DNA of 64,000 nucleotides from Sminthopsis crassicaudata (taxonomy: Eukaryota), in contig NC_133620.1 in NCBI RefSeq assembly GCF_048593235.1, positions 292,531,765 to 292,595,764 of the forward strand, in the 5' to 3' direction. The notes under the pieces were generated by a model. The model searched no databases, was not told where the DNA came from, and saw only the letters and a list, made by a program, of their open reading frames with translations. How positions within the stretch are numbered: position 1 is the stretch's first letter; every line of letters begins with the position of its first letter. This document shows positions 45,601-57,412 of this stretch, in pieces. A program made the translations under genes and the position numbers.

Positions 45601-48600
45601 TAGCTTCAGTCCTTGTCAGCGACTGGATGGCTGTCATCCGTTCTCAGAGTAGCACCCAGCCCACTGGTAAGTTTGTTCTTCATCCTGGCACAATTAGCCT
45701 CTTAAGGGTTCTGGGAGAAGTTCCATCTCTTTGTTTCCTGGGTGAGATTATCCTTCTCACCATAACATAGCAGCTGGCATTTATTCAGTGGTTAAAAGTT
45801 TCAAAACTATTTACATATATTATCATTTATCCTCACAAACAATCCTAGAGATAAATACTACAGGATTCATTATGCCTATTTTTCAGATAATGAAACTGAG
45901 GCAAAAAACCAGATTTGCCCATAATCACACAACTTGTCTCAGAGACAAATGTTGAACCCAAGTCTTAATAGTCAGTTCAGCACTTTTGCCTACTATACCA
46001 TGCTTCTCTGTCTAAAATCTTTTTCCCTTTATCTATCTTTCTATAGAGAAAGATAAGAAGAAAAGGAAGGAAGAGGGGAAAGGACGAGCTGCTCCTCTTG
46101 AACGACCCCTCCCTGAAGTGAAGGCAGAAACGAGAGCTGAGGAAGCACCAGAGAAAAAGAAGGAAAAACCCAAATCATTGCGAACCACAGCTCCTAGCCA
46201 TGCCAAGTTCCGTTCCACTGGTAAGGCCTAGTCCTTGTCTTAGGAAGGTACTTAAGACATTTGTACATAGTTATATATGCATGCACATACATATACCCTG
46301 AGATTTGAACAGACTTTACCCTTCAAGGATGGAAAATGATTTGTGATCTAGTTAAGAGGGAGGAAAAGCATTTTAGGAATAGTAGTGCAAGATGCATTGG
46401 TAGTTTGGCAGAGAAATAAAAGGAAAATATAAAAGAACAATGTTAAGAATTCTAACCATGCCTACTCTTTTCAGGTTTGGAGCTAGAGACACCATCTCTG
46501 GTACCTGTGAAAAAGAATGCCAGTGCTGTAGTTGTTTCTGACAAGTACAACCTTAAACCCATCCCTCTCAAGCGTCAGAGGTATGTATTAGGATTGGTAG
46601 CAGGTATTACTTGAAGTAATTGTAATAAAAGGATTGTTGGGGAGGAATGCTGTACACTTTTAACTTATCTTTTTTCTTACAGTTCTGCAGCTGCACCTGG
46701 TGATGTGGCTCCCCCAGCTGAAAAGAAATATAAACCACTCAATACAACACCTAATGCCACCAAAGAGATTAAAGTGAAGATTATACCCCCACAGCGTGAG
46801 TAGGGATAGGGACAAGAGACAAGGAGACTTTGTAGCTTGGGGAATGGAGCTTGATTTTTTTCTCCCTATCTTTCCATTTTAGTCTATTTTCATTTTCCTA
46901 AGGCTTCCTAATAAAGTTTCTAATTTTGTCTTTATTTTTCTTGGATCTACCATTTTCCTAGCTTTTCTTTCCCTCTTTATGTGTGCCCTTCTGTCTCTGG
47001 TTTTTCAAACATCATTCCCTGGAATGTTGTTGGTTCATTCATTATATCCTTCTTCTCTTCTTTACTTCCCCTATATTTCACTTTTTCTTCACTTCTTTTT
47101 TCCCACTATCAGCTAACCAATACCAAGTTATATATAAAGCCCAAAATTATAGATTGCTGAAAGATGAGCCTAGTGACATTAAGAATTTCTTTTGTGGGGC
47201 AGCTAGGTCTCGAAGTGGATAAAGCACCAGCCCTGAAATCAAGAGGACCTAAGTTTAAATCTGGCCTCGAATACTTAACACTTCTAGCTGTGTGACCCTG
47301 GGCAAGTCACTTAACCCCAATTGGTTCAGAAAAAAAGAGAAAGAAATTTTTTTTTTGTTATATGTGCTTTCTGACATTATTATCATCTTATCTTGGTTGG
47401 AGATCTCACTGTCCTATTATTTGGCCAAGACTTTGTAATTGTGATGTAGGGAAATAATGTCATCTGTCAATCTTGTCTGTATGCTCTACTAATACTTTTT
47501 CTTTCCTTCTGTTTAGCTATGGAGGGCCTGGGTTTCCTAGATGCCCTCAATTCTGCCCCTGTACCAGGCATCAAAATCAAGAAAAAGAAAAAGGTTTTGT
47601 CACCCACGGCTACTAAGGTATGTATCCTGGGAGTTGTGGGGTAAGATGATGGAGAAGAAAATCCTTGGCTAGAGAGGAAAAAAAGATAGCATGTGAGATT
47701 GAAAAGTATTCAGTCTCTCTAGGAGCCTTTGAGGAGCCACAGGATTCCTGCCATGGTTTTTCTTATACAAAGCCCCTTTTTGCTGTTTATGGCTTTCCCG
47801 TCCTAATGATCTCTTTTTCTCCTATAGCCAAGCCCCTTTGAGGGGAAACAAAGCACTGAGCCAAACACAGTCAAACCTTCTTCACCAGAGCCAACAGCTC
47901 CTGCTGAGGCCATAGACATAGAGCGTCCTGGAACTCCTGTCCCTCCTGTTGAAATTCCAGAGCTTATGGACACAGGTAAGGTTAGAGATTGAATGTCTAG
48001 GGTTTGGGGTTTCTAGATCCTGAGAGAAAAGAACTGGGGCTAGAAAACTGGATATAGGAAACCTTTGATTTGAAGGCAGGACTCCTTACCAATTTTACTG
48101 GTAGTTCTGATGACTCAGTTCTGCTTGTGACTACCATTTTTCTATTCATGGTGACCTTAAGCTTAACCTGTGGGATCTCAGTTTCATCATCTGTAAAATT
48201 AAGGGTTGGGCTAAATTACCTCTAACTTTTTGCACTTAATCCTATAATCCTACACTACTTTCTTTTATAGCCTCCTTGGACACAGGAGTGCTGGATGCAA
48301 AACCAGTGGAGAGCCCTGGGGATCCAAACCAGTTGACAAGGAAGGGCCGGAAGAGAAAGACTGTGACATGGCCTGAAGAAGGTAAACTGAGAGAATACTT
48401 TTACTTTGAACTGGATGAGACTGAGCGAGGTAAGAGGGTAGATTGATACATAGGGGCATCTTGGAGCTGTGGAAGATGGAGGGTAATGGGATCTTGGAAA
48501 AGATCCATAAAGCCTAACTCCTCTATGTTCTTTTTCCTTTTATGTACTTTTTCGTCTCTTCCTTCCTCCCATCCCCCATCTCCCAACAAAACAAAAACAG

Positions 48601-50898
48601 TTAATGTGAACAAGATTAAGGACTTTGGTGAGGCAGCCAAGAGAGAAATACTGTCAGACCGTCATGCCTTTGAGACAGCTCGGCGTCTGAGCAATGACAA
48701 TATGGAAGAGAAGGTGGCTTGGGTATGTCCACGGCCTCTGGCCTTACCTTCACCCCTTGTGTCTCCGGGTGGCAATAGCCAAGAACGATATGTCCAGGCT
48801 GAACGTGTGAAAGGAATTCTGCAGGAGCTCTTCTTATCCAAGGAGAGGTGAGTAGGGATTAAAACTGATTTAGAATGGGATGAAGTGAGAAATTGGTTGT
48901 TGGAAATCTGTCTGGACTTAATGGAAAAGTAATTTTAACATTTCTTTCCTGCAGTGTCCCTGACAGTCCCCATGAGCCTGACCCTGAGTCATACGAACCT
49001 GTCCCTCCAAAACTCATTCCTTTGGATGAGGTAAAGTTATCTTTCATCTGTCTTTCAGGTTTTGTCTTAAGTGTCCTTGGTGGGGGTAAAAGGAGGAAAC
49101 AGTTATCTTAATGTTTCTCTCAATGTTTGACTCATTTTTGACTTTCTATAATTTTTTAGGAATGTTCCCTGGATGAGAACCCATATTCTGAGGCATTAGA
49201 CTCTGGTGGACCTGGGGGTTCCCCTGATGGGACAGGTGGCTCCAAGCTGCCTCCTGTCTTGGCCAATCTAATGGGAAGTATGGGTGCTGGAAAGAGCCCC
49301 CAGGGTCCAGGAGGTGGTGGCATCAATGTCCAGGAGATCCTTACCTCAATAATGGTGAGATGTAAACCTTTTTAGGAAGTTTTTTTGCCTTCTTTTTGTT
49401 TGTAACTTATAGTCTATCTTTCCTATGTTTCCCTCTTCCTCCTGAATTTATTCTTCCCTTTTTTGTTATATTTATGTTTCTGCTATCCATCTGTCTCATC
49501 ACTAACTTCTTTTCCAACCACTTTACTCCTTTCCACAGGGAAGTCCCAATAGTCACCCCTCAGAGGAGCTGTTGAAACAACCAGACTACTCGGATAAGAT
49601 CAAGCAGTTGCTGGGTAACATACAGGGCCAGTCCTAAGGGTCTGGGGGAGGAGGTGAGGGAAGTCCACTTTAGGTTTAGAGGTGAAATCAGTCAGGTAAA
49701 TTAAATTGGAGCAGGAAGGGGGCATCATGGGGGAGTGATCTTAGAAGGTTTTATAAAGAACCAGGAAAAAAGCCAGTTGGAAGAGTAAAGAGAGTATGGA
49801 ATAGTCCCCAGAATAATAGACTTTATTTGATCAGATTGAGTTCTCAATGTTTTTTAATTAGGCAATGTTAATAGATCTTCAGGATGGTAATATTGATCCT
49901 GTTACTGACACTTTTTATTTTGCCTCTTAATTCAGTGCCCCATGGAATTTTGGGACCTGCCCCAATGGCTAATGGTTTCCCCCCTGGAGGCCCAGGAGGC
50001 CCCAGTGGCCCTAAACATTTCCCTCCTGGCCCTGGAGGGCCTATGCCAGGTGAGTGGGATAGAAACTTCTTTTGTGGGTCTTGGAGGGAATGGGATTGAT
50101 TTAAACAGAGAAGTATGAGCATGGTCATAAATGCCTAATACCTGAATGTTTTTTTGTAGGTCCCCATGGAGGTCCTGGTGGTCCAGTAGGTCCACGACTT
50201 TTGGGCCCACCTCCCCCTCCCCGTGGTGGTGACCCCTTCTGGGATGGTCCAGGAGATCCGATGCGAGGAGGTCCAATGCGAGGAGGACCTGGGCCTGGGC
50301 CATACCATCGAGGCCGAGGGGGTCGAGGTGGGAATGAACCTCCTCCATTTCGAGGAGGCCGAGGAGGTCGCTCTGGGGGAGGACCTCCCAATGGACGAGG
50401 AGGCCCTGGTGGAGGAATGGGTGGTGGTGGTGGCCACCGTCCCCATGATGGCCCTGGTCATGGTGGACCCCATGGTCATAGGCCTCATGATGGCCCTGGC
50501 CATCGAGGCCATGATCACCGAGGCCCACCCCCACATGAACATCGTGGCCATGATGGGCCTGGTCATGGAGGTCACAGAGGACATGATCCCCATGGCCATG
50601 GAGGAGGTGAGTGTTCCCTATGAAGTAGCTACACAATTTTCCTCAATTATCCTCATTATCCTTAATTTCCTGTAATTTCTCATATTCTCCCTTGAATTGT
50701 CTTGCTGTGGTAACTAGAAGGAAGTAGAGTCATTTCTGAGAAAAGGGGTCTTTGATGTCTATCTAACACCCTACCATTATTCTAACAGATATGTCAAGCC
50801 GCCCTGTGTGTCGACACTTCATGATGAAGGGCAGCTGCCGCTACGAGAACAACTGTGCCTTCTACCATCCAGGTGTCAATGGGCCACCTTTGCCCTAA
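42695..50898 (+). CDS. PPP1R10: PP1 nuclear targeting subunit PNUTS (18 coding exons; 841 aa, or 837 aa with the distal exon-15 acceptor)
   Basis: Coding exons 42695-42801, 43576-43662, 43779-43914, 44088-44139, 45589-45666, 46047-46220, 46475-46580, 46683-46795, 47517-47617, 47828-47975, 48271-48429, 48601-48847, 48955(or 48967)-49030, 49160-49354, 49539-49614, 49936-50049, 50160-50606, 50789-50898. TFIIS-N-like N-terminus ([15 protein letters not shown]), RVxF motif KTVTW (W401, 48357-48371), RGG/His-Gly region, C3H1 zinc finger [20 protein letters not shown]. Confidence 0.97.
47196..47340 (+). mobile_element. WSINE1 SINE in PPP1R10 intron 10
   Basis: ggggcagctagg...gtggataaagcaccagccctgaaatcaagaggacc...ctgggcaagtcacttaaccccaattgg plus A-rich tail. 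Confidence 0.88.
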
Positions 50899-52074
50899 GG
50901 GTACCTATTTAGGGTACTCTATGGACTGCAGCCTCCCTCCCTCCTTGGCCCTTTTGTCCTGTTATGGCTTCTGTGAGGCCCATCTTTCCCTTTCCCCAGC
51001 TGATGAGCTGGACTCCTTCCCTCACCCAGTTGGGGTTTTGGGGATTTTCTAATCACTGGTGCGCATTGTTGTACATATTTTCCTCCAGTCAGGGGAAGAG
51101 AAAGACTGATACAACCTGTACCCCTGTACTGATGAAGAGGAGATCTAGTGGGCTTTGTCCTGTGAAGGGCACCTAGCCCTAACCTCCTTCCAGTATTATC
51201 CTGGACCCTGCATATATACCTATGACTGGTTGTCCTGAGAGGGAAGACCCCCTCTACAACCAAGATAGAAAAGGGGGACCTTTTCTATTTTGGTCACTCA
51301 CATGAACAGTCCCCTGATATGGTGTCTATTGCACTTAATTGTGAAATCACCCTATAATCAAACAGGTTCATTCATGTGGGATGGGGATGTAATGAGAAAT
51401 GCCCTCTTATCATCAAACTTGAGAGAGCTCCTCCTAGGGAACTGAGAGGCTAGGTGTGAACTATCCAACACATTCTATGCCCTCCTTCCTTTTTTTTTTT
51501 CCTAGATAATATATACATTAGGACCTGTTCTTTGCACTCTTTGAATCCTTTTTAACAATATGACACTGCAGCCTTGTATGAGCACCCAGACCAGCTTTAT
51601 CAGTCCTTTATCTCTTTTGACAAAAGTCATCTATATTCTTTATTTTTTCAGCTGGTATAGGTGAGATCCTTGGTGTCAGAACTCCCTTCTAACTGGGAGA
51701 TCTGTAAGACACTCTTAAGAGACTACTTTGTCAATATGTCAGTGATCCTAAGTCTGACATAAGTCACACTACATGCACTGCCTTTTGAGAGTTTTTCAGC
51801 TCCAGCCCCTCTTAACCCCAAACCATGTCAGTGTGAGGCCTCTCCAGTCTAACCCCATCTGTCACTTCTATAATTCCCCACCTGGCTCTTTCCAGGGTAG
51901 ATCCTGGACAGTATTGCTGCCCTTTCCCAATTTTCTTTGCCCCATCCCAGCGTCAGTTGTTTTCTGTGAAAACGGCAGTGGATGGATCGGGTTTTGTGCA
52001 GGGCCCCAGGTACAGAGCCACAATGGATTGAGGATGATTATTTTCTTTTGGTTTTGTATATTTTGTACATTAAT

Positions 52075-52080
52075 AATAAA
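52075..52080 (+). terminator. PPP1R10 poly(A) signal AATAAA
   Basis: ttttgtacattaatAATAAAcagtggaaag followed by GT-rich ctcttgtgtgccttg; gives a 3'UTR of about 1.2 kb. Confidence 0.8.
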
Positions 52081-55000
52081 CAGTGGAAAGAGAAGCTTAT
52101 TTAAACTCTTGTGTGCCTTGATTCCTTTGTAAGGACGAAGGACAAACAAGTGTGGTATATAGTAGGTGATAGTCCTAGGTTTCAATGTTTTCCCATTGTA
52201 AAATAGGAAAAATTATAAACTTGGTAAGTTAGTGTGAACTAACAACTGAATCCAATATGTAATTAATTATTGTATGAGACAGTACAGGAAAGAGTATGTA
52301 GAACTGGAATCCTAATAGTGGACCTAGAAAAGGGCTTGATAGGTAGCTCTTTATACATTCTGAAGGCATGAGGCCAGTTAAATTATTCCAGAGTTGAGAA
52401 AGGAGGGGGTCTTGTGAAAGTTATTTAAAAAAGAAAAAGTAAAACCTCAGCAAACTTTTTGTCCATGCTGCATTGTAATTGCACTTCATATTTTGTAGGT
52501 TCAGTTCAAAATGTTTGTCAGAAAGGGGTAGATAGAGATTCATGGTCATTCCTTGGCTAGTCATTGCATCAATCAAGAGTTCTTCAGTCTTTCCAAGTTG
52601 CTCTTTTTTTATAGTGATTTTATGTAAATGATTTGGGTTCTGTTCATTCCTATTCAGCTAATACGGGTTTTCCTCCTTGTATTCGTTTCTTTAAAGTACA
52701 ATAGTTTTCTGCTATATTCTTATAGTGCAATTTGTTTAGCCATTGCTCAGATAGATGGACACAACTTTAGTTTCCAGTTGTCACCACAGAAAGTATATTT
52801 TTGTAGATATCTTTTTCCTTTGAAGAGAATATTGTACTTTTAAAGAATTGGGTGTCGCCACCAATTTCCTGATGTGCTGTGCTTTTCCTCCTTTTATCCA
52901 TCTGCCTTTCTTCCTTCCCTGCAAAATGCCCTTAAGTTTTAAATAAATTCTAAAATGTTTATTAAACGGTTATATTCCTTGTTTTTTTAATCTTTAAAAC
53001 CTTTTTGATTTTTATGAAAGCTTTTTATACCAAAGCCAAAGATCCTCTTCTCTATTGCCCACATTTTTTACTCTCAGCAGGATTCATTCCCCAATTTTTT
53101 GGCTTTTTCCATTTTATCCTATTTAGCTCCTTATGTCTACAAGACCACCTGCATAGGTTGATCTGATCATTGGGTCTAGAGTGATCCTAAACTGTACTAT
53201 GTCCATCATTAATACCATTCTATGTAGTCTCATTACTGCTCTCTAGGCTTCAGTGTTGACAAGCTGCTGACCTGCCCCACCTCAAATTTATGCCAACACC
53301 CATTTTAAAAAGTCTTTAGCCTATTTCTTCATAGAAGTTATGCTCCCACTCTTAATCAATCTTATAAGTCACAAAAGAGATCACTTCATAAAAAGTGCTT
53401 TGTTGATCATCTTATCAATATCTTAAGACCAATTTGATATCTTTGGTATCAATATATTGATCTCAAAATTCTCTAAACCATTTGGGGGAAAAGTTCCTTA
53501 ATAAGAAAAAGGCAAATCTTTCTACTATCTTTACTTCTCACTTGCTATCTCCACTCATCTAGACCCACATTGACTCTGGCTTGGCCTACTGCAATAATTT
53601 CTACTATATTCACAATAAAAGCAAATTGCTTTTCTTAAGTTCAGATCTGATCATAACTCCACACTCCTAACAAAAGACCCAGTCCTTCAATGGTTTCCCT
53701 TTATCTAGCTGCTTCAGTTTGAGATTGGGAGTATCTCAGGCTGGAATGCAGTGGCCAGTTAAGTACCCTGATCCCAGTAACTTGAGTTTCCTCCCCAAAG
53801 GAGGCTCACTGAAATTGGTGGCAGATAATTACATGATTGGCTGTAACACTCCTGAAACTCATTCTGTAAATTCAGTTATCTCAATTATTCTACCAGCTTC
53901 AACCTTAAGTGAGCTGGGATTATAGAAGCCTTCCAAAGCTTGACCCCAATATGCCACTCTTGTTTTGATGCATGATATTTCTGTGTTCTCCAGCTAAACC
54001 GCACTACTTATTGAGGAACACAAGTGGTAAGGCTTCCTTTTCTACTGTTCCATGCTACAATGTAATTGACTATAGTCACTTCATATTCTTTAGGTGGAGT
54101 CCAAAACCTGTTTTAGGAAGAGGGTTGGGGGGTGGAAGGTTAATGGTCTTGGATCATTTTGTCTTACAAAGTCTTGTGTATATTAATCACCCCAGTAACA
54201 ATTCATTTTAATCTGTTAGAAACTTCCATGCTTCAGAAAAAGGGATTAGATGATGATCTGTTACATTGCTTCCAATTATGGTAGCTGAGGCAGGTGCAGG
54301 CTTGGTTCTCCATCTTTACAAGATGGTGTTGCCACTCCATCTAGGGTGCTACTAGTCCACATGCCATCTTGGTAGTTTCAACCCCTATGAGCCATCTAGA
54401 AGTTATCCTTTCCATGAGTTGCCAAATATCTGAAGAAATTTTTTAAGTTTTCAAGGATTCACAGAACTCTCATATTTAGCCCTTCCAAAAGACCTTTGAG
54501 GGCAGTGAATAAAGTCACTCAATAAGCCTCAAGTTCTATGAGTAAGCTATTTCTTTCCTCTCTGTTGTGTTGGTTAACTCACCACAAAATTACTTTTAGA
54601 AAGTACTTCTGTAGGAAATAAAATGGACAGAAAAATTTGAGTAAGTACCCTTTTCTATTTAGAACCAAAATAGGTTTTGCCTGGAGAAAAAAAAAAAATT
54701 TCACATGAAATTTTTATCCAACTCTTGTCAATATTAGACATATTAGACTTGCTGTTTTGCCCCAAAGGGCAGGAGTAGTAATAGATGATAAATATATAGG
54801 AAAATTCAGTTTGTAATACAAAGGAAAACTGCTTAACAATTAGCTTTTGACTTTTCCCTAAATGTATTCACTTTCTGAGAAGCCAAATGATGGCTTCAAG
54901 AATGCTATAGTAAAGAATTCCTTATTCTGTGAGACTAAGGGAAACGACTCCCTTACTGTGGAAGTATTATATTTTATATACTGATAAAGTGATGAATTTA

Positions 55001-56619
55001 GCAGAACTGAAAATCTCTTCACTGCACTGACCCTCTTCCCTCCCCTCCCCCATCCAACAACAAATTGAAGACCAACTCGTGATTACAAACGAGTAATTAT
55101 CCATTATCTTGTGAAAACCCAGTCCAAGTAAATTGGAGCACTCATTTCCTGTTTATATCATTCCCTATGTAGGATAGCGTATTCCATATATCTCTACCAA
55201 AAAATATGAGAATGTTACTTTGTAATTCATTAATTTGCACATCTGTGTAACATAGCATAGATGTGCTAAAGCACCTGCTTATAACGACTATCATACTTCA
55301 AATTCAAACATAGATCTACCCTATGCTGGAGAGGGCAGGGAGAACTTGCTTTGCTGTGCCATCCTCTTTCATTTCCATTGTAAACATTCTTGATACACTC
55401 ATACCTTCCCATTTCCAAAGCCCCTAAAATCTGGCTTGTGCCCTTCCTCAATCTTTAACCTAGCACCCTTATCAACAGATAAATGACATTTTCTTGACTC
55501 AATTCTCATTTCTCAGTATTTGATAAAACTAAAATAAAACTAAAATTTTTTCCCTTATTTCTAGTAATCAATAACTTCTAATTTACCTTTCCCCAATTCT
55601 ACTTCTTCCTGATTCTGAAATAAGTTGCTCATTTCCTTAGATCCAATCCAATGACTCCAACTATTATCTCCATAGATTTAATGTCTAAATTTCTTCCCAA
55701 ACTAGCACCTATCAACAGTACTTATTGCTGACCCCCTTACACTTTGTCCCAAGAGCCAATCATTCTTTCTTCTAAGTCTCCTTTATCCCTTTGCTCAATG
55801 AAATTTCAATGCTCCTTAAACCTTTTTAAAAATGCTACACACTGTGAATGTCTTCATTATTTCCTATACAGGGTTCCTGCTTCATGTCCTTAAAATGCTA
55901 TATTCATGATTAACCAATTCCTATCCCTCTTAACACAATTTACAAGTCAAAATAAATCCAAACTCCTTAGCCAGCAATGAATACTTCTTAGCATCTTCTT
56001 TACCTCAGCCAAATTAGTTTTCTCAATTATTTCCCTTAAACATCTTGCAATTTCCTATCTTAAAATTTTTGTTCAGCCATTCCTAAATGGAACAGATATC
56101 TTGCCGTTCTTCCTATCCTTCAAAAGCTACCTCCTTATATTATGTAGCAATGGTTAGCTTACTGATTTGAAGTCATCAGAGGCTCTGAGTTCTAATTCTA
56201 GCTGTTACTTCCTAATACTTGGGGTGTGATTCTCCCCAAGTAACCTAATTTCTCTGGGCCTATTTTCTTAAAAGGAAAATGAGGGGCTTTGGACTAGACA
56301 TCTTCAAGGTCTCAAGTGATGAACCTATAAGATTAAAAATCTTTCTGTATTCTTAAGTTATACATGCCCATACCACTCATCTGACACTCATTCTTAGGGG
56401 CATTTCATTTCTCATGCTGTCACGGGGAATGTCTTGAACCCAAGGACTTCTCTGTTGAATTCTTTCCAAATCATATTAACCTGACAAGAGGAAATTCGAC
56501 CATATTGCATATTTCTTCCTATCTTCCAGTACTCTGAACATGTTAGATGATCAATACTGTTGGCTTAGAAGAGATTTTCTTGGTTGTAGAGATCTTATTC
56601 CAGGTGTTATTTTAAATTC

Positions 56620-56638
56620 TGGCCACAGGAGGGCAGCA
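56620..56638 (+). promoter_or_regulatory. CTCF-like motif
   Basis: TGGCCACAGGAGGGCAGCA closely fits the CTCF core consensus. Confidence 0.6.
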
Positions 56639-56665
56639 TATGTTCTAATAAAGCCTAGTAATGTT

Positions 56666-56671
56666 TTTAAT
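56666..56671 (-). terminator. ABCF1 poly(A) signal ATTAAA
   Basis: Minus strand tttatttatggggctctgggtATTAAAaac, about 740 nt after the stop; resembles the recalled ABCF1 3' end. Confidence 0.6.
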
Positions 56672-57412
56672 ACCCAGAGCCCCATAAATAAAGATAGGTA
56701 ATGGCAATTCACTCTCCTTTATTCCCTCCCCTGGCAAACTGACAAAATTCAGCAGCATTCTTTCCCTGCCCCACAAATCCATAAATATAAGTCAACGTAG
56801 ACACCAGCACCAAATAGGCTCCATCCCATCTAAAGACCATGCATGATCCCTGTGATCCCTATTTGCCTCCATCTGTGGAATGTAGCTGGAGATTATCAAA
56901 TTTCTATTTGTGAATCAAATATAACATCACCCCTCAGAGTAGTGTTGGCAGTTGAACCAAAACTATGGTGCTTATATTTCGTGTTTCTATTCATTTTAAG
57001 TACCAATTAGACCAAATCTTGTTGTTGACTGGGGGGAAAGCTTAAGCTCCTAGTGCACAGATACTATTCTGTATCAGATGGAGTAGGTCATCAGGTAAAG
57101 TGGTGGTGAAAAACTTATTGGAATCAAAATATCAGAGTTGGAGGCTGAAAAAGTTTCCTTATATCAGTTCAATGACACATCAGGGCATCAATAGTTTTTC
57201 CACCTATACTGTAAAATAAAGCCAGTACTTCCATTTGAAGAAGGATCCTAGTCTTGTCTGGGCACACCAGGCAAAGCCCCAGCTCCAGAAGTCTTGATGG
57301 TTGTGGCACTGGTTAAGGATAAACCCTTATCTTGCAAATGGTGAGGGGGAAGGGAATCAAAGGTGCAGCCACACATGCCTAAATTAGCTAGCAGAGTGTA
57401 TAGGAGGAAATC

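Noticed and set aside
49932-50636. Long minus-strand ORFs (234, 154 and 88 aa) and the +150-aa alternate frame over PPP1R10 exons 18-19
   Set aside because: Shadows of GC-rich Gly/Pro/His codons, which lack stops in other frames; no independent promoter, splice or homology evidence.
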